A DNA stretch of 64,000 nucleotides from Tubulanus polymorphus (Eukaryota > Animalia > Nemertea), in assembly GCF_964204645.1 (NCBI RefSeq), contig NC_134029.1, forward strand, positions 12,488,850 through 12,552,849. The letters are read 5' to 3'. Below the pieces are notes generated by a model. That model saw only the letters and a program-made list of their open reading frames with translations. It ran no database searches and was not told the origin of the DNA. Shown piece by piece: positions 61,609-64,000 of this stretch; position 1 is the first letter of the stretch, and each line of letters opens with the position of its first letter. A program made the translations under genes and the position numbers.

Positions 61609-62808
61609 ATGAGTGGGAGTTATATCAATCCTTCGAAGAATCATAGAATATCTAATGCTATTAAAGCAGAAAGATCACATCATATAATTACTCATAACCC
61701 TTCTAATATTAATCCTGATGAAACTTTATATGTTAGAATTCCTAGATTAACACAAAATACTTTTTATGTTCCAAATAGTATTTATTTATCAGCTGATATA
61801 AAAGTAACTGGTCATGATAATAATTATGTTGTCGATAATGTTGGGAGATATTTGATTAAAAAATTAACTATAAAGATTGGTCCAGAAACAGTTTTCTCAT
61901 TAGATGATTATAATTTATTTATGCATTATAAAGATTTATGGTTAACTAAAGAAAATAGAAATAATATGATATTTAAAGGTATTCAATCGGAAAACCATAA
62001 TAAATTAAGATCAGGAGCTAATGACGCAATAGTAACTCGTGCCACAGATAATTTGATTAAAAATATTTATGGAAGCAAATATAAAATTCCATTAGACTTT
62101 GAATTGATAAATAATAATGCACCTTTATATAAATATGTAATTCAAGAAGATATTATATTTGAGATAACATTTGCTCCTGTAAATGAAATTGTATTATCCA
62201 GCGTTGTTAAAGATATGGGATATAAATTATCGAATATATGCTTAGAATATGATACAGTAACTAATGAAAATATTGCTAACACAATTCAAACTCAATACAA
62301 TCAAGGATTTTCATTATTATATGATTATATTGATAAATTTAAAACTGTAACTATTAATGCAAATGATGAAATAATTAATGAGAATATTAACTTCCCAAGA
62401 AGATCTATTAAAGGTATATTAATATTTTTTACCATTGCAACATATACAAATGGCGCAATAAATGTTGATAATTATTATAATCCTGAAATAACAAAGGTAG
62501 AAATAACTATCGAAGGAACAGCAAATAAAATATTTTGTCAAGGAATGAGAATAATAGATCAGTCAAATTGTAATATTAATCAAATTGATTATTATACCGG
62601 TAATAGATATGCATTATGGTTAGATTTTAGAACAACAGAGGATAATTCATTACATGGTTCTGGAAAAAAACTACAAAACACTAAAGATGGAATACAATTA
62701 TTCATGACAAGGAATAAAGGAATCAAAAATTTTAAAATGCACATTTATATTATATCTGACGCACAATTAAATATTGTAAATTCACAATTAGATAGTATTC
62801 AATATTAG
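61609..62808 (+). CDS. Major capsid protein of C, with in-frame deletion
   Basis: Highly similar to 30851..32101 but lacks ~16 aa (WPEIRKHFMNEKVKS...). Confidence 0.8.
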   Translation: MSGSYINPSKNHRISNAIKAERSHHIITHNPSNINPDETLYVRIPRLTQNTFYVPNSIYLSADIKVTGHDNNYVVDNVGRYLIKKLTIKIGPETVFSLDDYNLFMHYKDLWLTKENRNNMIFKGIQSENHNKLRSGANDAIVTRATDNLIKNIYGSKYKIPLDFELINNNAPLYKYVIQEDIIFEITFAPVNEIVLSSVVKDMGYKLSNICLEYDTVTNENIANTIQTQYNQGFSLLYDYIDKFKTVTINANDEIINENINFPRRSIKGILIFFTIATYTNGAINVDNYYNPEITKVEITIEGTANKIFCQGMRIIDQSNCNINQIDYYTGNRYALWLDFRTTEDNSLHGSGKKLQNTKDGIQLFMTRNKGIKNFKMHIYIISDAQLNIVNSQLDSIQY

Positions 62809-62838
62809 AAATATAAAGTTGAAATTAAGGATATATAA

Positions 62839-63844
62839 ATGGGTGGTTAAAAAACTCCTAATACTAAAGAACAATATTTAAGAAATTTATATTACAACCC
62901 TGAGAGTTCGGTTGCTTATTCCACTACCAAAAATATATGGCGTCAAGTAAAACAAGATAAATTAGATAAGATAATCTCACAAAATTTAGTTAAATATAAA
63001 GATATAAATGAATTTATGTTAGAACAACCAACATACACAACACATAAAAAAATTGTTAGAAAATATAAAACTCGTAAAAGTATGGTAAGTTATGTAGATC
63101 AACAGCTGTACAAACATCAAATGTTTTAAGAAAATTTCTTTCGGATGATAAACTAAAACCAGAAAAAATACAATTTGATGATGGAAAAGAGTTTGATAAT
63201 TCACTTGTTCATGAACTCTTAGATAATCATAATATTAAATATTTTTCAACAAAATCGGATAAAAAAGCAGCAGTTGTTGAACGATTTAATAGAACTTTAA
63301 GAACAAGAATGTGGAAATATTTTACAGCAAATAATACTTTTAAATGGATTGATGTTTTACCATAATTGATAGAAGGATATAATAATTCTTATCATTCTCC
63401 TATTGGAATGAAACCTATTGATGCTAGAAAACCTGAAAATGCTGAAATTGTTTGGAATAATTTATATGGAGCATTTCTTGTAGATGATTTTGGTGAACCT
63501 AAATTTAAAGTTGGTCAAAATGTTAGAATTTCTAAGTATAAAAAGATATTTGATAAAGGATACGATCGAAATTTTACTAGGGAAATATATAAAATAAAAA
63601 AGGTAATAACAACAAAACCATATGTCTATAAATTAGAAGATTTAGATGGTGAAGAAGTTGATGGCTATTTTTACGAAGAAGAATTAAGTTTAACTACTGA
63701 AAATCTAGAACAAGAATATAAAATTGAAAAAGTATTAAAAACAAAAACTATTAAAAGAAAAAAAAATATTCTTTAGTAAAATGGGTTGGATGGCCAGATA
63801 AATTTAATGAATGGATATTGTCAAGTAAAATTAAAAATATATAA
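62839..63844 (+). pseudogene. Integrase of C
   Basis: TAAATG start, stop at codon 4, ~124-bp deletion at ~63105 relative to A removing the first catalytic Asp, A-run frameshift at ~63760. Confidence 0.9.
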
Positions 63845-64000
63845 ATGAATAAGGAATTATTTATATTTGAACCTCATAATATGTTAATTTCTGGCGTAAC
63901 AAATTGTGGAAAAACTTATTTTATATTAAATTTATTAGAAACTGTTTATGAAAACTATTTTGATAATATAGTATTATTTTGTCCAACATATGAATTTAAT
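63845..64000 (+). CDS. Packaging ATPase of C, N-terminus
   Basis: MNKELFIFEPHNMLISGVTNCGKTYF; runs off the window. Confidence 0.9.
   Translation, partial: MNKELFIFEPHNMLISGVTNCGKTYFILNLLETVYENYFDNIVLFCPTYEFN

Larger units (their letters stand above)
49960..64000 (+). mobile_element. Polinton/Maverick element C (right end outside the window)
   Basis: AGTAATAGG terminus homologous to A and B; pPolB, mCP, MCP, integrase, ATPase. Predicted TSD is AATATG (49954-49959). Confidence 0.95.

Overview
Eukaryotic, probably invertebrate-animal, repeat-dense DNA with no recognisable host gene. It holds three AT-rich Polinton/Maverick (endogenous dsDNA virus-like) elements from two related families. Element A (4079-7638) is a truncated, inverted right end. 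Element B (22675-38456) is complete, with ~345-bp TIRs and a 6-bp TSD CACTTC. Element C (49960 to beyond the window) carries a LAGLIDADG intein in the YFD|TDS motif of its protein-primed DNA polymerase, while B has the intein-free allele. C also encodes a Zn-finger/VLTF3-like protein; B encodes a giant-virus-type HNH nuclease next to a ~1.1-kb structured non-coding region and has 152-bp palindromic termini. Nearly all element genes start in TAAATG. Together these suggest, as inference only, a lineage that interacts with or depends on a poxvirus/NCLDV-type helper. The matrix is nested host repeats: 31-bp satellite arrays, Helentron-like non-autonomous elements, MITEs, a solo LTR, a Gypsy 3' fragment and decayed LINE RT pieces. 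All family calls come from motif recognition by eye; no database search or folding was run, and many frameshifts fall in A-runs and could be assembly errors.
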